Shown: positions 27,392-36,951, counted from the first letter of the stretch. The stretch is 64,000 nt of DNA from Opitutales bacterium (GCA_965197745.1 CBDANS010000007.1:64001-128000), one strand, 5' to 3'. A program made the numbers and translations. Notes: a model not told the origin generated them from the letters alone.

Positions 27392-28189
27392 TTATAGCGG
27401 TCGATGCTTTTGCTTTTCCAGTTCATACATCCAGTAGTCTCGATCGTAACCAAAGGTTTCGAAATCAGCCTCGTAAATGTCGTAGACCAGATCCGCCTGC
27501 TCGCGGTCGTAAACGATAGCCGGCGGATACACCTGGGTGGTCGGATTTTTGACAACGGAAGCCGTAGCAAGAATGTCTGGCGGTGCATTCAGGCGTGTCA
27601 GCACATGCTCAAAATCGCTCTGGAACGTCTCGAACCGGCCAATAAAGTCATAAGCAATCAGATCCGGCACGAGGATACGTGCCTGGACATTGAAGTGACC
27701 ATCGCGACGCACACGGTCTCCCGCATCATGCAGGTAGCGTACGAAGTCGCGGAAGGGCACAAGCCTCTCGAGGCCATCCTCGTCTGGTGAGTAAGCGAGG
27801 CTCATCCTGATATCATCCTTAAGCCACTGGTACTCTTTGTTCCATGTGTTACCCACTTGCGTCTTGTACGCTGAGAGCAGTCGGTCATAGGGATTCCTGA
27901 CGAAGCAGAATCTAAACCACTCAGGGGATGTCAACATTTCGAGAATTTGGTCTCTTTCGAAGGAACTCAAACGCAAACCCACTTTGCTAGCAGCTCCAGG
28001 TTCGTGGAGTTCGGGATTCCCGTTCAACATGTGTAGTGTCATTAAAATCCGGGAACTGGCGATCTTCGGAACAGTGACACAGACACACCTGTGCTCAACA
28101 GATACCCTTGAGAAGTAAGTCAAAGTATTGTTCGTGTTATGGTCGAGGATGGCATCGACCCACTTAGATAGCTGTTTTTCCACCATCAT
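27392..28189 (-). CDS. Sulfotransferase family 2 protein
   Basis: VPKIASS, FVRNPYDRLLSAY, YDFIGRFE and DFETFGY motifs. Confidence 0.88.
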   Translation of the reverse strand: MMVEKQLSKWVDAILDHNTNNTLTYFSRVSVEHRCVCVTVPKIASSRILMTLHMLNGNPELHEPGAASKVGLRLSSFERDQILEMLTSPEWFRFCFVRNPYDRLLSAYKTQVGNTWNKEYQWLKDDIRMSLAYSPDEDGLERLVPFRDFVRYLHDAGDRVRRDGHFNVQARILVPDLIAYDFIGRFETFQSDFEHVLTRLNAPPDILATASVVKNPTTQVYPPAIVYDREQADLVYDIYEADFETFGYDRDYWMYELEKQKHRPL

Positions 28190-28206
28190 TCAATTCTTCT
28201 CCGCAT

Positions 28207-28279
28207 AACATTAGATCGGCCAACAGGTTTTTATGGAGGATCGGCTATTACGGTTAGAAAGACAACGAACAAATCTCAA
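28207..28279 (-). repeat. GTT-terminated attI-like repeat, copy B
   Basis: Minus strand TTGAGATTTGTTCGTTGTCTTTCT...AAAAACCTGTTGGCCGATCTAAT-GTT(ATGC). Confidence 0.75.
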
Positions 28280-28331
28280 GTTGAGATAGCCGCAAACTAA
28301 ATCGCCGCTTCCAATGGTTTGATTGAATCTT

Positions 28332-28988
28332 TTATTCTGTGTAAGCCTTCAAATCCTTTTTGCTTAGAGGAGACTCAAACCAAATGATATGTCGATCCGG
28401 GTCTTTAACGAATATCTGCCTCATCCCATAAGGAGCGATGCAGGGTTCGTCAATGGAAAGACCATTAGCGATCAATTGATGGTAGACCCTATCAACATCT
28501 TTTGTAATAAAGCAGAGCTTTATCGGATCATCGCTGACAACGAAATTTTTTCTTCCTTCTTCAATCATTATTTGAATGCCATCTCGTTTCAATCGACACC
28601 AATAGAGGGAATTGCCATTCATAGCACTGCTTACTCTATGAAATCCTAAAATCCCTTCATAGAATTTTAAGGAGTTCTGGATATTTGAAACCGGAATCAA
28701 TGGAATGATGCGGCGTATATTGAATTGTTCATCTACTCTCATTTCGATTTCGGTTTTCAATTTTTCCCAGCTTTTGTATCCATATTCCCTGGCCAGAACA
28801 TATTGAGTGTCCGAGATTTTCCATTCGTATTGCTCCGCTTCCTCTAAGGATTTATTATGGAACTCAGGATGCGAATCCAACACGCGTATGAACGCCTGTC
28901 TTTGTTTCGATTTCAGACTTTTAAGTAATTCTTTAGCCTGATTTTTGAGCTGCTCTAAATTTGCCTTTTCTGGCAATTGCTTATTCAT
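28332..28988 (-). CDS. VOC/glyoxalase protein with an N-terminal LPxxxNLEQLKxQAK domain
   Basis: N-terminal domain ends QYVLAREYGYKSWEKLK; C-terminal VOC has FYEGILGF and PYGMRQIFVKDPD. Confidence 0.82.
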   Translation of the reverse strand: MNKQLPEKANLEQLKNQAKELLKSLKSKQRQAFIRVLDSHPEFHNKSLEEAEQYEWKISDTQYVLAREYGYKSWEKLKTEIEMRVDEQFNIRRIIPLIPVSNIQNSLKFYEGILGFHRVSSAMNGNSLYWCRLKRDGIQIMIEEGRKNFVVSDDPIKLCFITKDVDRVYHQLIANGLSIDEPCIAPYGMRQIFVKDPDRHIIWFESPLSKKDLKAYTE

Positions 28989-28992
28989 GATA

Positions 28993-29101
28993 CCTCCTTG
29001 CTTCTAAGCCATAGACTCACAACATGGCAGCAATTAGGTTTGCTCTTTAAAAATGAAGGTAAGCTCAGCTCTTTCCGTGAGTCCAGATGCGTCCTCTACG
29101 C
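28993..29101 (-). promoter_or_regulatory. Candidate structured 5' leader RNA
   Basis: GACTCAC/GTGAGTC long-range pairing (29014-20 with 29077-83), GCCAT/ATGGC hairpin enclosing one strand, and a GCGT/ACGC hairpin. Abuts the AAGGAGG RBS; TTGACA at 29133-29138. Confidence 0.5.
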
Positions 29102-29229
29102 TAATTAAATAGATTGATATCCGATCCTTCACTGTCAACGTCATTTTCTAATTCCAAATAAAATTCAAAAGTCATCTTAACGGTTCCTAAGTCCATTATA
29201 TGCGCTCACCAAAGGTCATCACCGAAATT

Positions 29230-29811
29230 TTATAAGGCCCGATTTGTTGTTGATTTCCATTTTTCAGGAGTGAAAGGCCATCGAAGACGATTACATATAA
29301 CCTTCCAGCGATCCGACATCGCTTTTGTATTCAATAAAGGGACATAACCAAGGCGCAAATAAATCTTCAATGCGGGCAGGCGATAGTCCTCTGAGTAGAG
29401 ATGAATGATACGGTAACCTTCCTCGATGAAGCGGGCGGTCACAGCCGCACTGACAGATAAACCTAATCCTTTTCCTGAATGTGTCGGAGCTCCCGCAAGC
29501 CAGCCAAGTTCACCTCCTGAAGAATATGCTTCTGATCTCAAGGCCATACAGCTTGCTACCATTTGGCCGCTCATCTCGTGAATTGCCACATACCATCCAC
29601 CAGGTAACAACCGCTGGAACCACGGATCAAGCCGCTGTTTATCCCAGTCATTCCATCCAGCCATTTTCATCAAATTTAAAAAAGGGTCTTCGTCACCCGG
29701 CTGGTAGGTCCGCATTAAATATCCAGGACATAGACGAACAGCCGGTGGTGTGTGCAAAAGATACACCGGCCATGCCATTTGTAACTGAAGGTCATGCTGC
29801 TCTTTGCTCAT
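29230..29811 (-). CDS. GNAT family N-acetyltransferase
   Basis: HSGKGLG and PALKIYLRLGY motifs. Confidence 0.85.
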   Translation of the reverse strand: MSKEQHDLQLQMAWPVYLLHTPPAVRLCPGYLMRTYQPGDEDPFLNLMKMAGWNDWDKQRLDPWFQRLLPGGWYVAIHEMSGQMVASCMALRSEAYSSGGELGWLAGAPTHSGKGLGLSVSAAVTARFIEEGYRIIHLYSEDYRLPALKIYLRLGYVPLLNTKAMSDRWKVICNRLRWPFTPEKWKSTTNRAL

Positions 29812-29871
29812 TATTTCCCTATGGCAAAGTCTGACCCTTTTTGACTTTCTTAATACCAATAAACGTACCGC

Positions 29872-30411
29872 TTAATCTTTATGGGGTTCGTCGATTAGAA
29901 TGTAAGTAACAGGGGGTGTATGCTTCTTAAAATGCTTCCTCGTATCATTAGACAGTTTTCTAAATAACTGCGGTGTCATTGAGAAACCGTATGTCTTCTG
30001 TAAGAACATGGTGTTTACAGTAGAGCCAAAAATATCAAATCGCTTATCTTTCCTCGTTCCAATTTCACCACAGACAACACTTCCGAAATGGGCTTTGAGG
30101 TGATGCCTGCTGGGGATATTTTTACGATTTAACCACTCATCTCCTTTTTCTTTCAGAGATAATAGCGCCAGCACCCCTTCATCGATCGAATCGGATGGAA
30201 ATAAAAGGAGATTTGCATCCCCTATAAATTTTACCACTCGGCCATTAGCGCGCCCTATTATATCACCAATGAGTTCATAGTATTGAGATAGCATTGCGAA
30301 TAGATCAATTTCCGATAATTGCCTTGCGAAACGCGCAAAATTAGAGAGATCGGAAGAGGCAACCAATGCCTCGATACACGTAATATTTTCAGTTAATGGA
30401 TTCTGTTCCAT
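29872..30411 (-). CDS. Stand-alone class III adenylate/guanylate cyclase domain protein
   Basis: SDLSNF, VKFIGDA, HFGSV and DIFGSTVN motifs; the usual N...R is altered. Confidence 0.8.
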   Translation of the reverse strand: MEQNPLTENITCIEALVASSDLSNFARFARQLSEIDLFAMLSQYYELIGDIIGRANGRVVKFIGDANLLLFPSDSIDEGVLALLSLKEKGDEWLNRKNIPSRHHLKAHFGSVVCGEIGTRKDKRFDIFGSTVNTMFLQKTYGFSMTPQLFRKLSNDTRKHFKKHTPPVTYILIDEPHKD

Positions 30412-30589
30412 TTTATTGTTCCTTCAGGTTGTTATGATTGATTTCGACGACCTGTGAATTCGTCAGGTATGGAAGGAATCGCCAGCTCAAAAGTCTGGCA
30501 GTTATAGATTATAAGGTATTATTTTTTGATTTATGACGCAATTCTTTTCTCCTTCTCTCTTTCAACCTATTAATACACAGCCTGACACC

Positions 30590-31150
30590 TTATAACTTGC
30601 TTGTGCTAAGTAGATAGCGGTCGGCTCCCTTTTTGGATTCACCTGTTGGTGCGAATCGAAACCTGTGAATAAGCCTGATGGACGCAAGATTCCCGGGTTC
30701 GATATAGGCATCGATCGAATGGGACCCGTAGGTTGAAGTGGCCCATGATATTGCAGCACGACAGGCTTCTGACATAATCCCTTTACCCCAAAAACGTGGG
30801 TGTAAGTGAAAAGCGATTTCAGAACATCGACCCAGCGAGTTGAAGCCTACTGCTCCGGTGAATTGAGGTTTGTCTTTTAATAATAACGCCCACCTGAAGG
30901 CAGTTCCCTGTTCTTGATGTCGCATAAAGAAGTCCAGGATCTTGTCGCTTTCCTGGGAGTTTGTTGCCGGCAGCTCTATGGGGTTGCCCCAAAAGTCGAT
31001 CGCGGGACCTGAATAACATGACACTTCCGGACTTGACCAGAGTTCGAACATCCCAAGTGAATGATCTTTTGAGAAGGGCTCTAAGACCAGCCGCTCCGTT
31101 TGCAGATGTGGCACTTCCAGCATAGTGCATATCAATTTTTCGGCATCCAA
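30590..31150 (-). CDS. RimJ/RimL-type GNAT
   Basis: LQTERLVLE, FWGKGIMSEA and NLASIRL motifs; start may be the ATG at 31123. Confidence 0.85.
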   Translation of the reverse strand: MDAEKLICTMLEVPHLQTERLVLEPFSKDHSLGMFELWSSPEVSCYSGPAIDFWGNPIELPATNSQESDKILDFFMRHQEQGTAFRWALLLKDKPQFTGAVGFNSLGRCSEIAFHLHPRFWGKGIMSEACRAAISWATSTYGSHSIDAYIEPGNLASIRLIHRFRFAPTGESKKGADRYLLSTSKL

Positions 31151-31159
31151 ATCTAAAAC

Positions 31160-31921
31160 TCAGCGGTGCGGCTTATTCACGTCAGGTTTCAGCCGAGGGG
31201 GGATGATTTTTCTGGCACGTATGCACATAAAAAGCGGCTTCCGCAAGAGCTTATGGTAAAACTCTGGATCAGTATTCTTAATCGCTTCTGTTGGCATTGG
31301 TTCGTGAACATTTTCAATCAAAAATCCAGCATCCGTTACAGAGGATATCACTTCCGTTAACGGTCGGCGTACACTTTGCATCTCGAATTTTTTTTTGAAT
31401 CCGGAACCCCATACACTCTTGACTAATTCGGTCTCAAAGTAATTGTCCGTTCCGTAATCCTCAAAAGCGAAACAAGGATGCCCTACTGAAAAAAGCACAA
31501 TTCCGTCATTTTTAAGAATCCGGTGCAATTCTTGAAATAATTGCTTCCAGTCCCAAACGTAATCAAAAACCAAAGGAGATAAAACCAGGTCAAGGGAACT
31601 GTTTTCTATAAAATCCAGAGGCTTAGACAAATCGGCCACTTTGACTTCACATTTCCCCTTTGTCCTTTTCTTTGTGATGTCAACCATGCGTTGACTGTAA
31701 TCAATCGCCAATACTTTGGCCCCATGTTCCAGTAACCACTCGGTATAAACCCCGGGACCACATCCGGCATCGAGGACATATTTCCCTTTCACCTCCGGCA
31801 TAATCGACAGCATTGCCGGTTTCTCATACAAGGCGTTTGCGTCCTTTGTCTCTACCATAGAGGCATAATCTTCAGCGATATCTTCGTAGATAGCGTGCGC
31901 GATCGATTGCTTTGTTTTCAT
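31160..31921 (-). CDS. Class I SAM-dependent methyltransferase
   Basis: VLDAGCGPG motif; start MKTKQ just after the GTTGGGT site. Confidence 0.9.
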   Translation of the reverse strand: MKTKQSIAHAIYEDIAEDYASMVETKDANALYEKPAMLSIMPEVKGKYVLDAGCGPGVYTEWLLEHGAKVLAIDYSQRMVDITKKRTKGKCEVKVADLSKPLDFIENSSLDLVLSPLVFDYVWDWKQLFQELHRILKNDGIVLFSVGHPCFAFEDYGTDNYFETELVKSVWGSGFKKKFEMQSVRRPLTEVISSVTDAGFLIENVHEPMPTEAIKNTDPEFYHKLLRKPLFMCIRARKIIPPRLKPDVNKPHR

Positions 31922-31934
31922 TTTGTCATCACCC

Positions 31935-32017
31935 AACAATTGATTAGCCAATAGTTTTTTATCGAATCTCGGTTAATGCCCGGAGAAAGTCGATTTCAAA
32001 GGGCCTGACCCCTTTTT
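31935..32017 (-). repeat. GGGGTCAGG element joined to attI-like repeat copy C
   Basis: Minus strand AAAAAGGGGTCAGGCCCTTTGAAATCGACTTTCT...AAAAAACTATTGGCTAATCAATT-GTTGGGT (fits GTTRRRY). Confidence 0.72.
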
Positions 32018-32022
32018 GAATG

Positions 32023-32544
32023 TTATTTGTACTCCAGTTTCTTCTCCAAGACAAATTCGCACGCTGATGTTGCGGGATGGTCTGATTTATAATCCTTAAG
32101 CTGCTCAGAACCCAGTTGCTCAAAACCTATTTTGTAATAGAATGCCAGGGCACGGGAATTTGAAGGCATGACTCCAGCCAGGATTGATCGCATGCCACGA
32201 TCTGTTGCCCATTTTATGACATGTTCTATAAGATCCGATGCAATACTACTTCCGCGGAATGAGGGGGCCACCCACATTGAGATTAGATATGATCTCAGGG
32301 AATTTTCTTCATCAGGAAAACCTATAGCCATACCGACCGGCTCTTGATCATTTATCGCGATAGCGCAAAATTCTTTCACACTACCAGCACCATTACGGGT
32401 GCGTTCCTGCCAGTAATCGTCAGATTTTTTTCTGGCTTGATCCAATGTTGTGGCAAACGCGCCTGGTGAATCTTCCAGCGCAGTAAGTCGCACTTGCTTC
32501 AATAAGAGCCATTCATCGGCCTGGATTTGTCTTACTGTAATCAT
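32023..32544 (-). CDS. GNAT family N-acetyltransferase
   Basis: MWVAPSFRG and ALAFYYKIGF motifs; GTTAGCA lies upstream on the minus strand at about 32582-32588. Confidence 0.88.
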   Translation of the reverse strand: MITVRQIQADEWLLLKQVRLTALEDSPGAFATTLDQARKKSDDYWQERTRNGAGSVKEFCAIAINDQEPVGMAIGFPDEENSLRSYLISMWVAPSFRGSSIASDLIEHVIKWATDRGMRSILAGVMPSNSRALAFYYKIGFEQLGSEQLKDYKSDHPATSACEFVLEKKLEYK

Positions 32545-32620
32545 TTTACTGATGTAAACTTGAGCATTCAGTCTCGGGGGGTGCTAACAGTGAATACGTC
32601 TCGGACCTTGATGAAATTAA

Positions 32621-33382
32621 TTATTTTTGGTCCCTTGGAATTAGATTATTGATTATATGTTGTCTTCCCGGGTGCAAAAGGTCCTCAAGCATTTTTACAA
32701 CGGTGTCCTGGTTGTAGTGAACCAGCCGATGATTAATTTTATAGTCATTATTTGATGCATGCAGTAAAACGTAACTGGCTCTTTTATCATCTGTATGCGA
32801 CAAGCTAACACTACCAAGATTCACCAAGTGCCATGCATCAACTTGGCGCGTCATTGGGCGATGGGTATGCCCGACACATATAAGGTCAGCTTCGCACTCG
32901 TGAAGTAATGCGCGAATCTCGTCATCTTCATTCTCAGGCGAAAAGCCAGAACCATCATCTAGTCCTGGAGAAGCGTGAACCCCCAAAAATTTAGTTCCAT
33001 TCGGTAATATCTCATTAATTTCGAGTGGCAGTTCCTCTAGCCATTTCAACCAGCCAGAAGCTGCTATTGCGCCCTGTGTCCAACTGAATGTTTCGGCTAC
33101 TTCCACGAACTGTGGTATAAGGCTTAATTTGGATTTCACTTCGTCAAGGGTTGGTGAAGGACGTTCTCCAAATGCCACATATCGATCAGTATTTCCTCGG
33201 ATGAATCTTGCGTTTGCAAGATTTGTCAGTCGTTCAAGGACCCCCACCGGGTCGGGCCCGATTGCAACAAGATCCCCCAAAATCCAGTAACCGTCGACAC
33301 CACCTTGCGCTTCTATATCTTCCAGTACCGCATCAAGGGCTACAGAGTTTCCGTGAATATCACTTAGTAGTGCGATTTTCAT
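32621..33382 (-). CDS. Calcineurin-like metallophosphoesterase (YfcE-like)
   Basis: SDIHGN, GDLV, GNTD, GHTH and NLGSV motifs. Confidence 0.92.
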   Translation of the reverse strand: MKIALLSDIHGNSVALDAVLEDIEAQGGVDGYWILGDLVAIGPDPVGVLERLTNLANARFIRGNTDRYVAFGERPSPTLDEVKSKLSLIPQFVEVAETFSWTQGAIAASGWLKWLEELPLEINEILPNGTKFLGVHASPGLDDGSGFSPENEDDEIRALLHECEADLICVGHTHRPMTRQVDAWHLVNLGSVSLSHTDDKRASYVLLHASNNDYKINHRLVHYNQDTVVKMLEDLLHPGRQHIINNLIPRDQK

Positions 33383-33430
33383 TTAGTGTCGGACTCAGGA
33401 ATTCAGCAGTGTGTTATCAGATACGCATCA

Positions 33431-33886
33431 TCATGACTTCCTGTCATTCAGATAAGTGCCCAGCTTCTTTACTAAACCCGGGGGTAGCCCCGCAATAGTG
33501 GTTTTTCTTTCTGCGGACGGCAATGCCTCCATCGCTTTAATGACATTTTCGCGCGAGACATTAGGATTGAAAATCCGCTTTTTCAATTCTGTCGTGATTA
33601 TGGATGAAGCTTGTTCATCCGTCGAAGTACGCTTCAACGATGACTTTGCCCGTTTCCTGCGTTGCAATCGTTGCTTCTTGCGATCCGTCTTAGAGTCCAC
33701 TTCAAGCTTACGATACAGTTCCTCCGAAATCTCTCCACTGACGATATTCTGCAAAATTTCGTCAAGACGTAATGTTTCTGCATTATCTTTAGCGACTATT
33801 GCCGCGCGACGACGTCGTGAAATGTAACGATACACCTGATCTTCCCAATACGGCTCAGCGATTAGTGATTGGGAGTCAGGCTTCAT
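33431..33886 (-). CDS. Hypothetical basic protein
   Basis: 151-aa ATG-started ORF, co-oriented with the array; no recognised motif. Confidence 0.5.
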   Translation of the reverse strand: MKPDSQSLIAEPYWEDQVYRYISRRRRAAIVAKDNAETLRLDEILQNIVSGEISEELYRKLEVDSKTDRKKQRLQRRKRAKSSLKRTSTDEQASSIITTELKKRIFNPNVSRENVIKAMEALPSAERKTTIAGLPPGLVKKLGTYLNDRKS

Positions 33887-34158
33887 ATATTAATATTTTT
33901 GGAATATTAGTTTAAAAAGCAATATACGATAGAATAGATCAGCATCTAATTAGGATCCTTAATTAATCATTAATTTTATTATTAACAAATGAACTTTACT
34001 AAGGTTGGTAGGCTAACGTATGGAAACATTACAAAATGAAGCCTGGCTCCTTTTGACCCTGCAGGAATATTTTATTGCACCGTTCCCTATCCAGGCTTAC
34101 AGAGGCCGTGGTCAGCGGCCTCTGCAAATCCTGAATCAGGTTTAGTAATCGTACTCTC

Positions 34159-34705
34159 TTATTGATTAATCTTAACCTGGACAGGTACTGTATTTTGTAC
34201 CGTGTCCAAAATGACAGAATGCTGGATAATCTGCATCAACTCATCTTCATCAGCATCAGATTGTATATTGAATCCAATCTCAATATCCTGGAACCCGGGA
34301 CGCACATTAGGATCTATACCCAGTAAACCTTGAAGATCTAATTTTCCTTTAGCTTTTGATTCCATTTTATATATCGTTATCCCTCTAGCAGCGGCATGAT
34401 AGGCGATCGTCGTCGTTATACATCCTGCAAGGGCATGCAGTAAGTATTCTGCCGGATTCACGGCCTTATCTGTTCCCAGAAGAGAGATTGGCTCATCGTT
34501 GGTATATTCGAATACATCGGTCCGAGTTGTATCTTCTTCCTTCGCTCCGTAGAAGCCTTTTATGGTTGATTTATTTATCGACCCATGTATTGTTGGACCT
34601 GAATTCAAACTGTGCCATTTCAGGATCATTTTTCATGACTTCGATGTTTTCATTGAGTTGAGCGACGTCTACTCCGTTTACTTTTGTTTCTATTGTTGTG
34701 GTCAT
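34159..34705 (-). pseudogene. OsmC-family protein, frameshifted
   Basis: N-terminus MTTTIETKVNGVDV...FEFRSNNTWVD* continues in another frame as NKSTIKGFYG...NPAEYLLHALAGC; shift near 34575. Confidence 0.8.
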
Positions 34706-34740
34706 TTTTGTTCTTTATTTTGTATTTTTGGTTGATATAT

Positions 34741-34754
34741 ACAGACATGTCTGT
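34741..34754. promoter_or_regulatory. Putative TetR operator
   Basis: Perfect palindrome ACAGACATGTCTGT upstream of the OsmC-like gene. Confidence 0.7.
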
Positions 34755-34774
34755 CTGTTTTTATGAAAAAAATA

Positions 34775-35359
34775 TTATTTAATAAGCGCCACTACTTGCC
34801 TTCTTGCGTGGCGAACAGGCCACAGTTCTTGATGTATCATCACCAGAGCAATGGCTCCCGTGAGTATGGTTAAGTAATCGTTCGTTAAGGTTTCGACATC
34901 GAGATGGCTGTATTTCTTCCCATCTGACTGTATAAGGTCAGATGATATTTCTTTAATGATTGCCTTCAAAGTTTCATAATGGAGTTTACTTTCCTTTCTT
35001 ACAGGATCTGCATGATTAGAGATCTCGGGCACCATACGAAGGAAACCGCAGCCTTTCAGCCCATTTTGGATGATCCATGGCTCAATACATTCAATCAAAG
35101 CCATAAACCTGGTCCGTGGAGTTTTCTTTTCATGGATAGCAGCTTTCAAATCCCCGATCTCCTTAATATTTAGATTACTGATATACGCTAAATTCAGGTG
35201 ATCTTTAGTTGGAAAATGTGAGTAGAATGTAGCCTTCGATACGTTTGCTTTCTTTATAATCTCGTTCGTCCCGGTTTGATGATAGCCATATTGATAGAAC
35301 AACTCCGTCGCGGTCTTCAAAATCCGTTCTCTTGCTGGACTTTCTTTCTTTTCTATCAT
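34775..35359 (-). CDS. TetR/AcrR family transcriptional regulator
   Basis: ARERILKTATELF...VSKATFYSHFPTKD helix-turn-helix; start MIEKK. Confidence 0.93.
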   Translation of the reverse strand: MIEKKESPARERILKTATELFYQYGYHQTGTNEIIKKANVSKATFYSHFPTKDHLNLAYISNLNIKEIGDLKAAIHEKKTPRTRFMALIECIEPWIIQNGLKGCGFLRMVPEISNHADPVRKESKLHYETLKAIIKEISSDLIQSDGKKYSHLDVETLTNDYLTILTGAIALVMIHQELWPVRHARRQVVALIK

Positions 35360-35366
35360 TGAGCAA

Positions 35367-35394
35367 ACTCTAAGCAGACAGACCAGTCTGTCAA
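35367..35394 (-). promoter_or_regulatory. sigma70-type promoter with overlapping TetR operator
   Basis: Minus strand TTGACA-N16-TAGAGT; GACAGAC-CA-GTCTGTC (35377-35392) matches the operator at 34741. Confidence 0.65.
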
Positions 35395-35727
35395 GTAAAT
35401 ATTGCAAAAAATTTGCAAATAAGCAAATTCAGGTAATTTAGCGTATTTACCTCACGTTGAATCTATTGATTTTGAACATCATAGGTGAGACGGGGAGTAT
35501 GCTGGGGCGTGCCGATCTTTTTGTAAAATGGTTTTCGAGCGAACAAAAAGAATGGAATGACAAAAGTGTCGTAGTGATATCATTAAGTGTGCTTTCGAAG
35601 GAAGGAAACACATACTCAGTGGCGATAAGATCATCGCAGCATTTCAATTACCTGTTTCACAACTTACTTAGAAAAGACAAAAAAATTTATAATTGCCCTA
35701 GTTTTTTTGCAGCATTAGGTGAAATAA

Positions 35728-36951
35728 ATGGGAATCAGTATTGGGTTAGTCGGCCTTGGATCGTTCGGTCAAGTGTTCGCTGATCTATTTCGAAGTCATC
35801 CCGGGGTGGACCGTATCGCCCTCTGCGACCGTGAGCCGGAAAGAATGGACGCAATCGCATCACGGCGTCAATGGGACAGAAAATTCAATCCGCGCGATAA
35901 GTACGCCACCCTTGAGGAAATGCTTAAGACTGATGTCGACGCTGTAGCCATCATTACCCAGCATTGGCTCCATGCGCCCCAATGTGTCCAGGCGATGGAG
36001 GCGGGCAAACATGTCTACAGTGCCGTGCCGGTCATCACCGTGCCCGATGCTGACGAAATTCTCGACTGGTGTGAGCGGATAGTCGAAACGAGTCGGCAAA
36101 CCGGCCAGTACTACATGTTGGGAGAGACAACATATTATCATGCCGACACTATGTTTTGCCGGCGCAAGGCCGCTGAAAATGCGTTTGGGCACTTCGTCTA
36201 TGCCGAAGGTGAGTACTTCCATGATGTTGACGCGCTAAGCAACCTGCGCGATGTCATCCGCATGCGAACGGCGAGCGCCTCGGGAAAGGAATGGCTCGAA
36301 AACAAGCGTCGCTACCTGGCTGCTGGAATTGGGGACGGTCCGATGCATTACCCCACTCACTCAACCAGTGGTCCGGTTTCGGTGATGAAGGCACATGCGG
36401 TGAAGGTCACGGCCTACGGTTACAAAAACCGGAATGAAGATCCTTTTTTTGCGGACCATGCCTTCAGCAATGAAGTCGCCTTGTTCCGGATGTCAAACGG
36501 AGCATCGGTTCGAATCTGCGAGTTCCGAGAACTGGCCGGCTCTTTCCACAAGGGAGAGACGTTCCGAATTGTTGGCACACGCGGAACTTATGCGGAAAAC
36601 ACGTGGAAAGAGAACTTTCGCACCGACACGTCGCCGGCGAGACCGTTGGAGATAACGACTTTGACCGACGAAGAGATGCGGGATCCCTTACCGGCGGAGG
36701 TGGCGCTCGCCTTTAAGCAGATTGAGGAACCGGAGGCAGTGGATGATTCCGATTTCACACCCAAGGGGCACGGCGGCTCTCATCCTTATCTAGTAAATGA
36801 GTTTGTCGATGCGATTATTAATCAACGTCAACCGGCAACCAATGCCTGGGAGGCCGCGCGCTACACGGTGATGGGAGCGATGGCGCATAAGTCCGCGCTT
36901 CGTGATGGGGAAACCCTGGACGTGCCCGACTTTGGAGACGCGCCGCAGTAG
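35728..36951 (+). CDS. Gfo/Idh/MocA family oxidoreductase
   Basis: GLVGLGSFG Rossmann motif; AGKHVYSAVP, EGEYFH and GHGGSH. Confidence 0.9.
   Translation: MGISIGLVGLGSFGQVFADLFRSHPGVDRIALCDREPERMDAIASRRQWDRKFNPRDKYATLEEMLKTDVDAVAIITQHWLHAPQCVQAMEAGKHVYSAVPVITVPDADEILDWCERIVETSRQTGQYYMLGETTYYHADTMFCRRKAAENAFGHFVYAEGEYFHDVDALSNLRDVIRMRTASASGKEWLENKRRYLAAGIGDGPMHYPTHSTSGPVSVMKAHAVKVTAYGYKNRNEDPFFADHAFSNEVALFRMSNGASVRICEFRELAGSFHKGETFRIVGTRGTYAENTWKENFRTDTSPARPLEITTLTDEEMRDPLPAEVALAFKQIEEPEAVDDSDFTPKGHGGSHPYLVNEFVDAIINQRQPATNAWEAARYTVMGAMAHKSALRDGETLDVPDFGDAPQ

Noticed and set aside
29175..29205. dif-like or att-like site (CGCATATAATGGACTTAGGAACCGTTAAGA on the minus strand)
   Set aside because: Poor match to XerC/XerD arms and no similarity to the GTT-repeat family beyond GTT.
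18075..33886. Complete integron
   Set aside because: No tyrosine recombinase ORF in the window, and most attC-like sites are incomplete.
35447..35783. Small ORFs between tetR and the Gfo/Idh/MocA gene
   Set aside because: AT-rich divergent promoter region, non-ATG or weak starts, and no recognisable motifs.
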